Assembly (NCBI RefSeq): GCF_000025945.1
Contig: NC_006138.1
Location: 1,410,001 to 1,442,000 of the forward strand
Reading direction: 5' to 3'
DNA from: Desulfotalea psychrophila LSv54
Lineage (GTDB): Bacteria; Desulfobacterota; Desulfobulbia; Desulfobulbales; Desulfocapsaceae
Length of the DNA stretch: 32,000 bases
The first letter of the stretch is position 1; each line of letters opens with the position of its first letter. Under the pieces are notes generated by a model. The model was not told where the DNA came from and ran no database searches. It worked only from the letters and a program-made list of their open reading frames with translations. A program made the translations under genes and the position numbers. This document shows, one piece after another, positions 1 through 9,760 of this stretch.

Positions 1-428
1 GGTCTTCATCTTCTATAAAATAAAGAATATACGTCTTTTTTTCTCTTGTCAAAAGAAAGAGGATTCTCTTTGCTATGGTTAGGCCTCATGATTCTGTCCT
101 TGCTTTTAGACGACGAATAAAATTACTCTGGGCTCGCCCGCTGCTTGGTTAAGTTTTGTCTTGGCTTGTTTTTGCTGTATAAACTTAACAAAAGGCTTGC
201 TAGTGAGGGGCTCTTTGAGGTAGTTTGAGAACGTTCGTTGATTATAATGACTATTAAGCTTGTAAAGCTGTCTTTTGCACATGTTTTGCAGCTACTTGTG
301 ATTGAAATTATAGAAATTGTTTTATATTTAATGTGGGCTGTGGTGGTAAGGAGCAGGTCACCTCAGACAATATGTGCTTATCAGGAGATATTGTGACTAG
401 CAGAGAGAAAAAAACAGAGAGTGAATCC

Positions 429-2216
429 ATGCTTTGGATGTCAGGTAATGAGGCTATCGCCCTTGGAGCCTACGAGGCAGGCGTGAAGGTGGCCTCAGGT
501 TATCCCGGGACACCTTCAACGGAAATTATGGAGAATTTGTCCACCTATGACTCGGTTTATACCGAGTGGGCGCCCAATGAAAAGGTAGGTCTTGAGGTTG
601 CCATTGGTGCCTGCTTTGCCGGAGCTCGGAGTCTGGCGACCATGAAGCATGTCGGGGTGAATGTGGCAGCAGATCCACTGCTTACCGTTGCTTACACGGG
701 TGTTCGTGGTGGCTTGGTGGTGGTCAGTGCCGATGATCCTGAGATGCATTCCTCGCAGAATGAGCAGGATAATAGAAACTTTGCCCTTCATGCTAAGATA
801 CCCTGTATAGAACCCTCCGAACCTGCCGAGGCAAAGGCCATGATGAGGCTTGCCTACGAGTTGAGTGAAGATCTTGATACTCCCATTATGTTTCGCATTA
901 CTACCAGGGTCGCCCATGTGAAGGGTGTGGTCGAGAGGGGAACTCGGCTAGAGGGGCCTGTTGCCTGTGGCCTTGAAAAGGTGCCGAGCAAGATGGTTAT
1001 GCTTCCCGGTCTGGCCAAAAAACGTCGTGTCTTTGTTGAAGAGAGGATGGACCGTTGTAAGACCATTGCCGAGACGGCTGATTTTAACCGGATAGAAGAG
1101 GGTAGTACTAAACGTGGATTTATTACTGCGGGTGTTGCCTATCTCTATGTTAAGGAGGCCTTTCCACAGGACTCTGTGCTTAAATTGGGGATGACCTGGC
1201 CTCTTCCGGAGAAGAAGATCCGTGAGTTTGCCGCTTCGGTTGATGAACTTTATGTGGTGGAAGAGCTTGACCCATTTTTGGAAACGCAGATCAAGGCCAT
1301 GGGGATCAGCTGTCACGGTAAGGATCTTATTCCTAATCAGGGTGAGCTCAATACGGCCATTGTCCGTAAGGCGATCACCGGTTTAACGGATCTTGAGCTT
1401 TTTGAAGCTGTCGATCTGCCCATGCGCCCGCCTAATATGTGTGCCGGCTGTCCGCACCGTGGCATTTTCTTTAACCTGTCGCGGATGAATGTCTTTGTCT
1501 CGGGCGATATTGGTTGTTACACCCTGGGATTTTTACCACCGCTCTCGGCGATGGATGCCTGTGTTTGTATGGGCGCATCGGTACCCATGGCTCACGGTAT
1601 GGCCAAGGCCCTTGGTGAGGGGAGCCATGATAAGGTTGTTTCGGTGATCGGTGATTCCACCTTTATCCATTCAGGCATAACTGGCCTTATTAACACGGTA
1701 TATAATAACTCTGCCTCAACCCTTATTATTCTTGATAACCGCATTACGGCAATGACGGGTCAGCAGCAGAATCCTGCCACCGGTTATAATATCAAGGGTG
1801 AGGCGGCCAACGCTCTGGATCTTGAGGCGCTCTGTCGAGCCGTCGGGGTAAAGCATGTTTATACCGTTGACCCCCATGATATTATTAAAACACGTGAGGT
1901 GATGAAGGAGGCAGTTGCTCTTGATGAACCTTCGGTGGTTATTTCCCGGGCACCCTGTGTCCTCATACCGGAAATGAAGAGCCGTAAGACTGTTTCCTAT
2001 TTTACAAATCTGGATAACTGTGTTGGTTGCATGGCCTGTGTTCGACTTGGCTGTCCGGCAATTAGTTGGGAACCATTTGCCGAAGGTGAGGCGGAAGAGC
2101 GTGGTTACCCTGCAAAGCAAAAAGGAATCGCTAGGATTGCAGAGGTGCAGTGTAATGACTGTGGGCAGTGTGCCTCACTCTGTAAGTTTGATGCTATTAC
2201 CAGAGGAGAGGAATAA
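429..2216 (+). CDS. iorA: Indolepyruvate ferredoxin oxidoreductase, alpha subunit (TPP enzyme with C-terminal 4Fe-4S ferredoxin domain). The ORF is open from 333, but the homologous N-terminus (MLWMSGNEAIALGAYEAGVKVASGYPGTPSTEI) suggests the start is at 429
   Basis: GNEAIALGAYEAGVKVASGYPGTPSTEI N-terminus, CAGCPHRG motif, TPP-binding GDIGCYTLG...VIGDSTFIHSG, two 4Fe-4S motifs (CVGCMACVRLGCP and CNDCGQCASLCKF); iorB follows directly. Confidence 0.93.
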   Translation: MLWMSGNEAIALGAYEAGVKVASGYPGTPSTEIMENLSTYDSVYTEWAPNEKVGLEVAIGACFAGARSLATMKHVGVNVAADPLLTVAYTGVRGGLVVVSADDPEMHSSQNEQDNRNFALHAKIPCIEPSEPAEAKAMMRLAYELSEDLDTPIMFRITTRVAHVKGVVERGTRLEGPVACGLEKVPSKMVMLPGLAKKRRVFVEERMDRCKTIAETADFNRIEEGSTKRGFITAGVAYLYVKEAFPQDSVLKLGMTWPLPEKKIREFAASVDELYVVEELDPFLETQIKAMGISCHGKDLIPNQGELNTAIVRKAITGLTDLELFEAVDLPMRPPNMCAGCPHRGIFFNLSRMNVFVSGDIGCYTLGFLPPLSAMDACVCMGASVPMAHGMAKALGEGSHDKVVSVIGDSTFIHSGITGLINTVYNNSASTLIILDNRITAMTGQQQNPATGYNIKGEAANALDLEALCRAVGVKHVYTVDPHDIIKTREVMKEAVALDEPSVVISRAPCVLIPEMKSRKTVSYFTNLDNCVGCMACVRLGCPAISWEPFAEGEAEERGYPAKQKGIARIAEVQCNDCGQCASLCKFDAITRGEE

Positions 2217-2218
2217 CA

Positions 2219-2800
2219 ATGGAAACAACAGGTAATATTCTCTTTTCAGGGGTTGGTGGACAGGGAATTCTTTTGGCCTCAGAGATTACAGCCATGTCCC
2301 TCCTTGCTGCGGGATATGATGCGAAAAAAAGTGAAGTTCACGGTATGGCTCAGCGTGGAGGTTCGGTGGTCGCTGAATTGCGCTATGGAAAGAAGGTCTA
2401 CTCTCCCCTGATTGAACCGGGCTGTGTTGATATTCAGGTAGCCTTTGAAACCCTGGAGGCGGTGCGATATCTGCCCTATCTGCATAAGGGCTCTCAGGTT
2501 GTGGTAAATACCCAGAGAATACTTCCTCCCTCCGTGGCAACGGGGCTTGCCACCTATCCGGAAGGGATTTTGGATGAGCTACGTAATCGTGGCATAAATG
2601 TGCTAGAGGTCGATGCCTTCGAGCTTGCCCAGGGGGTGGGCGAGATACGCACTGCAAATGTGGTACTGGTGGGGGCAATGTCAAAATTCTTGCCCGTTGA
2701 TGAGGCTGTTTTTGCAGAGGTTATTGCCCGGCGTGTTCCGCCTAAGTTCAGGGATGTTAATATGCAGGCCTTTCAGGCTGGTCGAAGGAGCTGTGAATAG
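2219..2800 (+). CDS. iorB: Indolepyruvate ferredoxin oxidoreductase, beta subunit
   Basis: NILFSGVGGQGILLASEI...EVHGMAQRGGSVVAELRYG is typical of the 2-oxoacid:ferredoxin oxidoreductase gamma/beta family; 2 nt downstream of iorA. Confidence 0.93.
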   Translation: METTGNILFSGVGGQGILLASEITAMSLLAAGYDAKKSEVHGMAQRGGSVVAELRYGKKVYSPLIEPGCVDIQVAFETLEAVRYLPYLHKGSQVVVNTQRILPPSVATGLATYPEGILDELRNRGINVLEVDAFELAQGVGEIRTANVVLVGAMSKFLPVDEAVFAEVIARRVPPKFRDVNMQAFQAGRRSCE

Positions 2801-2888
2801 GTAGGTGCTTTAGACTTGAGGAACCTTGAAAAGAAGCCATATAGGGCTGAGGTTTGCAGAGAAGTATTTTCAAGGTCCTCAGGGATAG

Positions 2889-4223
2889 ATGGATATTGTT
2901 CAAGGAGATATGATGTCAGTAAAATATTGGGATGAAGAGATAGAAACACTTCCTCGTGAAGGTCTGGAGTCAATCCAGCTGAGCCGACTGAAGAAGTTGG
3001 TGGCGCGGATGTATAAGACAGTTGTCCCCTACCGGGAGAAGATGGAGGCGGCTGGGGTAACTCCTTCTGATATAAAGAGTCTTGCCGATCTTGCCAAACT
3101 GCCCTTTACCGTAAAGGACGATCTGCGCGACAACTATCCCTTTGGTCTTTTTGCCGTTCCCATGGATGAGGTAGTACGCGTTCATGCCTCATCGGGTACC
3201 ACCGGAAAACCAACGGTTGTGGGCTATACTCAAGATGATATCGTTCTCTGGTCCAATGTCATGGCCCGGGCCCTCACCTGTGCTGGTGCCTCAAAAAAGG
3301 ATATGATCCACAATTCCTACGGTTATGGACTCTTTACCGGTGGTTTGGGTGCTCATTATGGAATCGAGCGACTTGGGGCAACGGTAATTCCTGTTTCCGG
3401 TGGTAATACCAAACGCCAGATCACCGTTATGAAGGATTTTGGGGCAACCGTGCTTCTGGCAACACCTTCCTATGCCCTTAATCTTGCAGAGACCATGGAC
3501 GCCATGGGGGTTGATCCTGCAACCATGCCTCTGCGTATAGGTGTCTTCGGGGCTGAGCCTTGGAGCGAGAATATGCGTGAAGAGGTTGAGGCTAAGCTCA
3601 ATATAAAGGCAGTGGATATTTATGGACTCTCGGAGGTCATGGGACCTGGAGTTGCCATGGAGTGTTTACAGAGTGAGCGTGGCATGCATATCTCCGAGGA
3701 TCATTTTTTACCCGAAATCATCGATCCGGTAACTGGCGAAGTGCTTCCTCCTGGCTCCGAGGGTGAGTTGGTTTTTACCACCCTTACTAAGGAAGCCTTT
3801 CCGATTATTCGTTATCGGACCAGGGATATTTCCCGTCTCTACTATGAGAAATGTGCCTGCGGCAGAACCCTGGTGCGTATGGAGAAGGTGTTGGGCAGAA
3901 CCGATGATATGCTCATCATTCGTGGGGTCAATGTCTTCCCTTCTCAAGTAGAACATGTACTTATGAGTGTTGATGGTGTTGAACCTCACTATCAAATCGT
4001 GGTTGACCGCATTGGAAATCTTGATACCATGTCAGTACAGGTAGAGGTCAGCGAGGATATTTTCTCCGATGAAATAAGAAAGCTTGAAAAGCTGACTCAG
4101 TTCATTCAAAGAGAAATTAAAGACCTCCTCGGTGTATCCTGTAAGGTGCAGCTCGTGGAGTCCAAGACCATTCAGCGATCTGAAGGCAAGGCAAAGCGAG
4201 TCATTGATAATCGTAAAATTTGA
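2889..4223 (+). CDS. paaK: Phenylacetate-CoA ligase family (AMP-forming)
   Basis: [27 protein letters not shown]-terminus, [20 protein letters not shown]-binding P-loop, [16 protein letters not shown]-terminal [15 protein letters not shown]. Confidence 0.92.
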   Translation: MDIVQGDMMSVKYWDEEIETLPREGLESIQLSRLKKLVARMYKTVVPYREKMEAAGVTPSDIKSLADLAKLPFTVKDDLRDNYPFGLFAVPMDEVVRVHASSGTTGKPTVVGYTQDDIVLWSNVMARALTCAGASKKDMIHNSYGYGLFTGGLGAHYGIERLGATVIPVSGGNTKRQITVMKDFGATVLLATPSYALNLAETMDAMGVDPATMPLRIGVFGAEPWSENMREEVEAKLNIKAVDIYGLSEVMGPGVAMECLQSERGMHISEDHFLPEIIDPVTGEVLPPGSEGELVFTTLTKEAFPIIRYRTRDISRLYYEKCACGRTLVRMEKVLGRTDDMLIIRGVNVFPSQVEHVLMSVDGVEPHYQIVVDRIGNLDTMSVQVEVSEDIFSDEIRKLEKLTQFIQREIKDLLGVSCKVQLVESKTIQRSEGKAKRVIDNRKI

Positions 4224-4232
4224 TATGGGGAG

Positions 4233-4670
4233 ATGTCCATGGAGGTAGAACAACTGGCAGTTTTTTTGGAAAATAAGTCGGGAAGGCTTGCTGAAATAAC
4301 TTCAATTATTGCTATAGAGGGAGTGAATATCAGGGCCCTCTCTGTTGCAGATACCGCAGATTTTGGCATCCTGCGTCTTATCGTAGATGATGTGGAGAAG
4401 ACCCAGAAGGCTCTGAAGGCAAATGGCTTTACCGTGGGCAAGACCAATGTTCTTGCCGTTGAGGTTGAGGATAAGACGGGTGGACTGGCAAATGTCCTCA
4501 AGGTTATCCATGAGGTTGATTTAAACGTTGAATATATGTACGCCTTTGTCAATAAAACAGGGGAAAATGCTGTCCTGATCTTTCGTTTTGAAGATATGGA
4601 AAAGGCCCTTGTTGCCCTGCAGGAGAGAAATTTTACCCTGCTGACAGGAGAGCAGATTTGCGCCCTGTAG
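4233..4670 (+). CDS. Small protein with two ACT domains, likely an amino-acid-sensing regulator
   Basis: Repeated ACT pattern: MEVEQLAVFLENKSGRLAEITSIIAIEGVNIRALSVADT and ILAVEVEDKTGGLANVLKVIHEVDLNVEYMYAF; 145 aa; adjacent to the phenylacetate-CoA ligase. Confidence 0.85.
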   Translation: MSMEVEQLAVFLENKSGRLAEITSIIAIEGVNIRALSVADTADFGILRLIVDDVEKTQKALKANGFTVGKTNVLAVEVEDKTGGLANVLKVIHEVDLNVEYMYAFVNKTGENAVLIFRFEDMEKALVALQERNFTLLTGEQICAL

Positions 4671-4785
4671 GAGTCTGTTGTGGCATATTGAAAAGGCATG
4701 AATTTTTTCAATAAAGATCGGATGAGTACCTATACTGAGGTCTGAGGAACAGCTCTTCTCTAAATCTCTGTATTAGCCAGGCAAG

Positions 4786-4816
4786 GCCGGGATCCTCAGT
4801 TCTAAGGGTTCCCGGC
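4786..4816 (+). promoter_or_regulatory. Intergenic hairpin between the ACT gene and livH (GCCGGGA / TCCCGGC stem)
   Basis: GCCGGGA 4786-4792 pairs with TCCCGGC 4810-4816; no clear T-tract follows, so not a canonical intrinsic terminator. Confidence 0.35.
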
Positions 4817-4860
4817 TCCCTCCTCTTTTAAGAGATCATAATAAATTAATCAATGCCACT

Positions 4861-5751
4861 ATGAGTAGCCAGTTATTTGTCCAGTATTTACTTGCCGGTA
4901 TTACCTATGGTTCCATGTATGCCATTGTCGCCATAGGCTTTAATATTATTTATAATACCACAGGGATTATAAATTTTGCTCAGGGGGAGTTTGTCATGCT
5001 GGGGGGGATGCTCTCCATCTCTCTCTTGCAGTTTATGCCCCTGCCTTTGGCCATTGGCCTGGCAGTGGTGCTGACCATGGCTGTCGGCGGTCTGGTGGAG
5101 ATACTGTTTATCCGTTGGTTAAAAAATCCCGGTGTACTGCGCATGATTGTGATCACCGTTGGCCTCTCTATTCTCCTGCGGGAAATCGCCCTCCATATTT
5201 GGGGTGAGGGTGTTTATTCACTGCCCTATTTTTATGGTAATGAGATCAGCACGGTGGTTATTTTGGGGGCACGGGTATCACCACAGATTTTATGGGTCAT
5301 AGGTGTCTGTCTCCTTCTTGTTGTCCTGCTTCATCTTTTTTTCAAGACTTCCCCCATGGGGCGGGAGATGCGTGCCTGTGCGGTCAATAAAAAGGCTGCC
5401 CTACTCTGCGGGATCAATGCCCGTAATATGGTCACCTTCTCCTTTATGCTCAGTGCCGGTATTGGTGCCCTGGCCGGTGCGGTTATGTCACCTATTACCT
5501 ATACTCAGTATGATTCGGGCGCCGCCCTTGCCATTAAGGGTTTTACCGTGGCTATTCTTGGTGGTCTGGGCAATCTCTTTGGTGCCGTGGCGGCGGGAAT
5601 ATTGCTCGGGGTGTTGGAGGCATTTTCGGTCTCTGTTCTACCCCTGGCCTTTCAGGATGCCATCGCCATTAGCCTGCTCCTTGTTATTCTCTGTGTGCGT
5701 CCCCATGGTCTCTTTGGCTCAGCAACGGCCGCCGGTTTAAAGGATTTTTAG
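4861..5751 (+). CDS. livH: Branched-chain amino acid ABC transporter permease, LivH family
   Basis: FVQYLLAGITYGSMYAIVAIGFNIIYNTTGIINFAQGEFVMLGGM is typical of LivH; followed by livM, livG and livF. Confidence 0.92.
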   Translation: MSSQLFVQYLLAGITYGSMYAIVAIGFNIIYNTTGIINFAQGEFVMLGGMLSISLLQFMPLPLAIGLAVVLTMAVGGLVEILFIRWLKNPGVLRMIVITVGLSILLREIALHIWGEGVYSLPYFYGNEISTVVILGARVSPQILWVIGVCLLLVVLLHLFFKTSPMGREMRACAVNKKAALLCGINARNMVTFSFMLSAGIGALAGAVMSPITYTQYDSGAALAIKGFTVAILGGLGNLFGAVAAGILLGVLEAFSVSVLPLAFQDAIAISLLLVILCVRPHGLFGSATAAGLKDF

Positions 5752-5782
5752 TGATGAGAAAATTGGAATACGGAGGCAGCGG

Positions 5783-5800
5783 CCCTCCCTGCAGGGAGGG
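5783..5800 (+). promoter_or_regulatory. 18-nt perfect palindrome covering the livM ribosome-binding site
   Basis: CCCTCCC-TGCA-GGGAGGG; the GGAGGG Shine-Dalgarno-like sequence forms the 3' arm, 5 nt before the GTG start at 5806. Confidence 0.5.
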
Positions 5801-5805
5801 AACCA

Positions 5806-6873
5806 GTGAAAAATAATATCTCCTTGTTTTTGTTTGTGATAGTCATTGTTGGCCTTCATCTTCTTACCGCCAGTACGGGTTCTCTCTACCTACTGACCCA
5901 GTTGACCATGTCCGCATATTATTCCCTGCTGGCCATAGGCCTCTGCCTGCTTATGGGCCATGCTGGACAGATATCCATGGGCCATGCCGGTTTCTTTGCC
6001 ATTGGTGGCTATCTGTCGGCCAGTCTCACCACTCATAATATGGTCTCCTCTGCTGAAACAGGCTGGGTGCAAGGCCTCTCATCTCTCGGCCTTTTACATG
6101 CAGGCGAGGATATGTTCGGTGATGCCCTCCTCGTCTTGGCGCCATGGCCTGCCTGCCTAATGGCTATTGCCGTTGCCGCTCTGGTGGCCCTCCTGCTTGG
6201 CATTCCCATCTTGAAGCTCAAGGGCCATTATCTTGCCATGGCGACCCTGGGCTTTGGCATTATTGTCTACCGCCTGGTCCTGGCCACGGAATTTTTTGGT
6301 GAGGCAGATGGCATTTCCGATGTACCTGCCTTTGCTATCCTGCCTGGCTTGAGCATTGTTGGAGATTTGGATGTGCGGGTGGAAAATTATTATATTGCCG
6401 CCGTAATCCTCTTCTTCGGCTTTGTCCTTTTAAGAAATCTGACCAGGTCTCGGGTAGGTAGGGCCTTACGGGCAATACACAGCGCCGAAGATGCGGCCGA
6501 TTCCATGGGGATAAATGTTGCCCACTATAAGTTGATTACCTTTGTTCTATCCGCCGTTTTTGCCGCCTTTGCCGGTGTTTGTCTGACTCACTATAACGGT
6601 GGCATCGGGCCTTCGGAGGCGGGGATGATGAAATCCGTTCGTTATGTGGCCATTGTTGCCGTGGGAGGAATGGCAAATCTCTGGGGAGTGCTGACCATGA
6701 GCATGGTGCTGAACTACCTCTCCCTTCGTGGCATCTTTGGCAGTTATGATGATGCCGTTTTTGGCACCGTCCTGGTCTTGGTGATGCTCTTTGCTCCCGA
6801 TGGAATTTTTAGCATTAAGCTTCGTGCCGGTCTTGCCCAACTCCGGGCGAAATATGGAGAGGATCTCTCATGA
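5806..6873 (+). CDS. livM: Branched-chain amino acid ABC transporter permease, LivM family (GTG start)
   Basis: LLAIGLCLLMGHAGQISMGHAGFFAIGGY...GHYLAMATLGFGIIVYRL motifs; stop overlaps the livG start. Confidence 0.91.
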   Translation: MKNNISLFLFVIVIVGLHLLTASTGSLYLLTQLTMSAYYSLLAIGLCLLMGHAGQISMGHAGFFAIGGYLSASLTTHNMVSSAETGWVQGLSSLGLLHAGEDMFGDALLVLAPWPACLMAIAVAALVALLLGIPILKLKGHYLAMATLGFGIIVYRLVLATEFFGEADGISDVPAFAILPGLSIVGDLDVRVENYYIAAVILFFGFVLLRNLTRSRVGRALRAIHSAEDAADSMGINVAHYKLITFVLSAVFAAFAGVCLTHYNGGIGPSEAGMMKSVRYVAIVAVGGMANLWGVLTMSMVLNYLSLRGIFGSYDDAVFGTVLVLVMLFAPDGIFSIKLRAGLAQLRAKYGEDLS

Positions 6874-7628
6874 ACCCTCTTTTGCAAATAGATGGACTCT
6901 CTAAGGCCTTCGGTGGTCTTCAGGCGCTAAAAAATGTCTCCTTTGCAGTGAAGAGAGGGCAGATTAAGGCCGTTATTGGTCCCAATGGAGCAGGGAAGAG
7001 TACCCTCTTTAATCTCATCTCAGGAACCCTGAAACCGAGTTCTGGTTCTGTGACCTTTATGGGGAGATCTCTGTTGGGGAAAAAGCCCTACCAGATCGCA
7101 GAGCTTGGGATGGCCAGAACCTTCCAGAATATTAAGATGTTCTCCGCTATGACTGCCCTGGAAAATGTGATGGTGGGGCGTCATATCAAGAGCAGATCCG
7201 GTTTTATCTCCTCTCTGCTGATGTCGCCTTGGGCGACAAGGGAGGAGGGGCGGATTCGGGATAAATCTCTTGCCCTGCTCGGGAGCCTTGGCCTGGGTGA
7301 ATATGCTCAGGTTCCTGCGGAAAATCTGGCCTTTGGTCAGCAGCGGGGGGTGGAGCTGGCCCGGGCCCTGGCTCTGGAGCCGGAAATCCTTCTCCTCGAT
7401 GAACCTGCCGCCGGTCTGAATATTTATGAGACAGCAGAGCTTGCCAGGATGATCTCTGCCATCCGCGATATGGGTGTGACTGTCCTTTTGGTGGAGCACG
7501 ATATGTCCCTGGTGATGGACATTTCCGATGAAATACTGGTGCTCTCTTTTGGCCAGAAGATTGCTGAAGACATTCCCCGGGCCATTCAGCAAAATGCTGA
7601 AGTTATCAAAATTTATCTTGGAGGCTAG
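6870..7628 (+). CDS. livG: Branched-chain amino acid ABC transporter ATP-binding protein, LivG family
   Basis: Walker A GPNGAGKST, FQNIKMFSAMTALENVMVG, Walker B EILLLDEPAAGLN, H-loop EHDM. Confidence 0.94.
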   Translation: MNPLLQIDGLSKAFGGLQALKNVSFAVKRGQIKAVIGPNGAGKSTLFNLISGTLKPSSGSVTFMGRSLLGKKPYQIAELGMARTFQNIKMFSAMTALENVMVGRHIKSRSGFISSLLMSPWATREEGRIRDKSLALLGSLGLGEYAQVPAENLAFGQQRGVELARALALEPEILLLDEPAAGLNIYETAELARMISAIRDMGVTVLLVEHDMSLVMDISDEILVLSFGQKIAEDIPRAIQQNAEVIKIYLGG

Positions 7629-7629
7629 G

Positions 7630-8358
7630 ATGTTACGTATCAGAAACCTTGAGGCGGGCTACCGTAATCTCCGGGTACTTAGAAGTGTCTCCATGCATGT
7701 CAACATGGGCGAAATTGTTGCCATTGTTGGGGCCAATGGGGCGGGAAAGACCACCCTTCTTTCAACCATATCTGGTCTCGTCACTGCCACCGGCGGTGAG
7801 ATTGATTTTCTGGGGCGGCCCATCGGCGATATGGCTGCCGATAAGATTCCCTTTCTGGGTTGTCTCATGGTGCCCGAGGGCCGACAGGTCTTTGCCAGTA
7901 TGAGCGTGGAAGAGAATCTGATACTTGGTGGTCATCTGATTCAGAAAGAGGGGCGGAAGGTGGTACAGGCGATGATGGAGAAGCAGTATGATCTCTTTCC
8001 CATCTTGGCAGAACGGCGTAGTCAGTACGCGGGAACCCTCTCCGGCGGAGAGCAACAGATGCTGGCCATGGCTCGGGCCCTGATGGGGAGGCCCACTCTC
8101 CTGATGTTGGATGAACCCTCAACGGGGCTAGCGCCTCTTATTGTCCGGGAAATTTTTAATATTATTGTTCGGCTGCGTGATGAGGGTAATACCGTACTCC
8201 TGGTGGAACAAAACGCCAAGGCCGCCTTGGAGGTTGCCGATCGGGGTTATGTCCTTGAAACTGGCAAGGTGATTCTGCAGGGGGCGAGCGAGGATTTACT
8301 GCAAAACAGCGATGTACAACGAGCCTATTTGGGACGTGAGAGAGTAGAGGCGAGATGA
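7630..8358 (+). CDS. livF: Branched-chain amino acid ABC transporter ATP-binding protein, LivF family. The ORF is open from 7528; the conserved start MLRIRNLEAGYRNLRVLRSVS is at 7630
   Basis: Walker A GANGAGKTT, GRQVFASMSVEENLILGG, LSGGEQQMLAMARALM, LLMLDEPSTGLAP. Confidence 0.93.
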   Translation: MLRIRNLEAGYRNLRVLRSVSMHVNMGEIVAIVGANGAGKTTLLSTISGLVTATGGEIDFLGRPIGDMAADKIPFLGCLMVPEGRQVFASMSVEENLILGGHLIQKEGRKVVQAMMEKQYDLFPILAERRSQYAGTLSGGEQQMLAMARALMGRPTLLMLDEPSTGLAPLIVREIFNIIVRLRDEGNTVLLVEQNAKAALEVADRGYVLETGKVILQGASEDLLQNSDVQRAYLGRERVEAR

Positions 8359-8410
8359 GGCTTTTGGCCTGATTTTTATAGGTTTTTAAAACAAAAATTA
8401 GAGCAACGAT

Positions 8411-9709
8411 ATGTTTTGGGAAAAAGATAAAGAATGTATGGGCCGAGAGGAGCTGGAACAGCTCCAATTAGAGAGATTACAGTCAGTCCTTTACCGTGTG
8501 GGAACCCACGTGCCCTTTTATCGGCAGAAGTTTAACGAGCTCAAGGTGAACTATGACTCTTTTACCAGCCTTGATGACCTGCGCAGCCTGCCATTTACCA
8601 TGAAGCAGGATCTGCGGGATAATTATCCCTATGGTCTCTTTGCTGTGCCTCTGCGTGAAGTTGTACGTTTACACTCCTCCTCCGGGACAACGGGAAATGC
8701 AACCGTTGTTGGCTATACCAAAAATGATATTAATACCTGGTCAAACCTGGTTGCCCGCATTCTCTGCTGTGCTGGTCTGACTGAGGATGATGTAATCCAG
8801 ATAGCCTTTGGTTATGGACTCTTTACCGGTGGTTTTGGTCTGCACTATGGAGCAGAACGTCTCGGTGCTTCGGTGATTCCTATTTCTGCGGGCAACACCA
8901 AACGTCAGATTCAGATCATGCAGGATTTTAAAACCACCGCCCTGGTCTGTACCCCCTCCTATGCCCTGAAAATGGCCGATGAGATGATGGATATGGGCAT
9001 TAATCCTGCTGGGCTCTCCCTCAAGTTTGGTCTCTTTGGGGCTGAACCCTGGTCCGAGGCCATGCGTCGTGAGATCAGTGATCGTCTTGGTCTCAAGGCA
9101 ACGGACAACTACGGACTCTCCGAAGTTATGGGTCCGGGGGTGGCCGGTGAATGTACGGAGTGTAATGGTCTGCATGTAAATGAGGATCATTTTCTGGTTG
9201 AGATACTTGATCCCCAGACTCTGGAGCCCATGCCTCCTGGAGAAATTGGTGAGATGGTCATTACTACCCTGACCAAGGAGGCCTTTCCCCTTATTCGTTA
9301 TCGTACCCGCGACTTGACCCGCTTCCTGCCGGGAGACTGCCCCTGTGGGCGTACCTCTCGTCGTATTGAGCGTATTCTTGGTCGTAGTGACGACATGCTC
9401 ATTATCAAGGGGGTAAACGTCTTTCCTACCCAGGTGGAATCGGTTTTGTTTGATATTGATGGCACTGAACCTCATTATCGTATAATTGTAGAGCGGGAAA
9501 ATAATGTTGATAGGGCAACTGTGCTTGTGGAGGTAAATGAGACGACCTTTTTCCATGAGATGAAAAAGCAGAGAGCCCTTATTAACGAGATAAAACGCCG
9601 TTTGACCAGTGAAATTGGAGTGGGCTTTGAGGTGAAGTTTGTTGAGGAGAGAACCTTAGAACGTTTCGAAGGCAAGGCCCAACGGGTTATTGATAAACGT
9701 AAGTTATGA
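8411..9709 (+). CDS. paaK: Second phenylacetate-CoA ligase family protein (AMP-forming)
   Basis: [47 protein letters not shown]-terminal FEGKAQRVIDKRK; colinear with the protein encoded at 2889-4223. Confidence 0.92.
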   Translation: MFWEKDKECMGREELEQLQLERLQSVLYRVGTHVPFYRQKFNELKVNYDSFTSLDDLRSLPFTMKQDLRDNYPYGLFAVPLREVVRLHSSSGTTGNATVVGYTKNDINTWSNLVARILCCAGLTEDDVIQIAFGYGLFTGGFGLHYGAERLGASVIPISAGNTKRQIQIMQDFKTTALVCTPSYALKMADEMMDMGINPAGLSLKFGLFGAEPWSEAMRREISDRLGLKATDNYGLSEVMGPGVAGECTECNGLHVNEDHFLVEILDPQTLEPMPPGEIGEMVITTLTKEAFPLIRYRTRDLTRFLPGDCPCGRTSRRIERILGRSDDMLIIKGVNVFPTQVESVLFDIDGTEPHYRIIVERENNVDRATVLVEVNETTFFHEMKKQRALINEIKRRLTSEIGVGFEVKFVEERTLERFEGKAQRVIDKRKL

Positions 9710-9760
9710 TGATTTACATAGAATGAGGTTACGGGGAGAATTTTTCTCCCCGCAGAAGAT

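Noticed and set aside
516-1316. Minus-strand ORFs inside iorA (516..917, 948..1316)
   Set aside because: They lie fully inside a strongly supported coding sequence, have no recognisable motifs and look like shadow ORFs
8741-9556. 271-aa minus-strand ORF inside the second phenylacetate-CoA ligase
   Set aside because: Antisense shadow of a well-supported gene; its length is explained by codon bias in the sense frame, and there are no domain motifs
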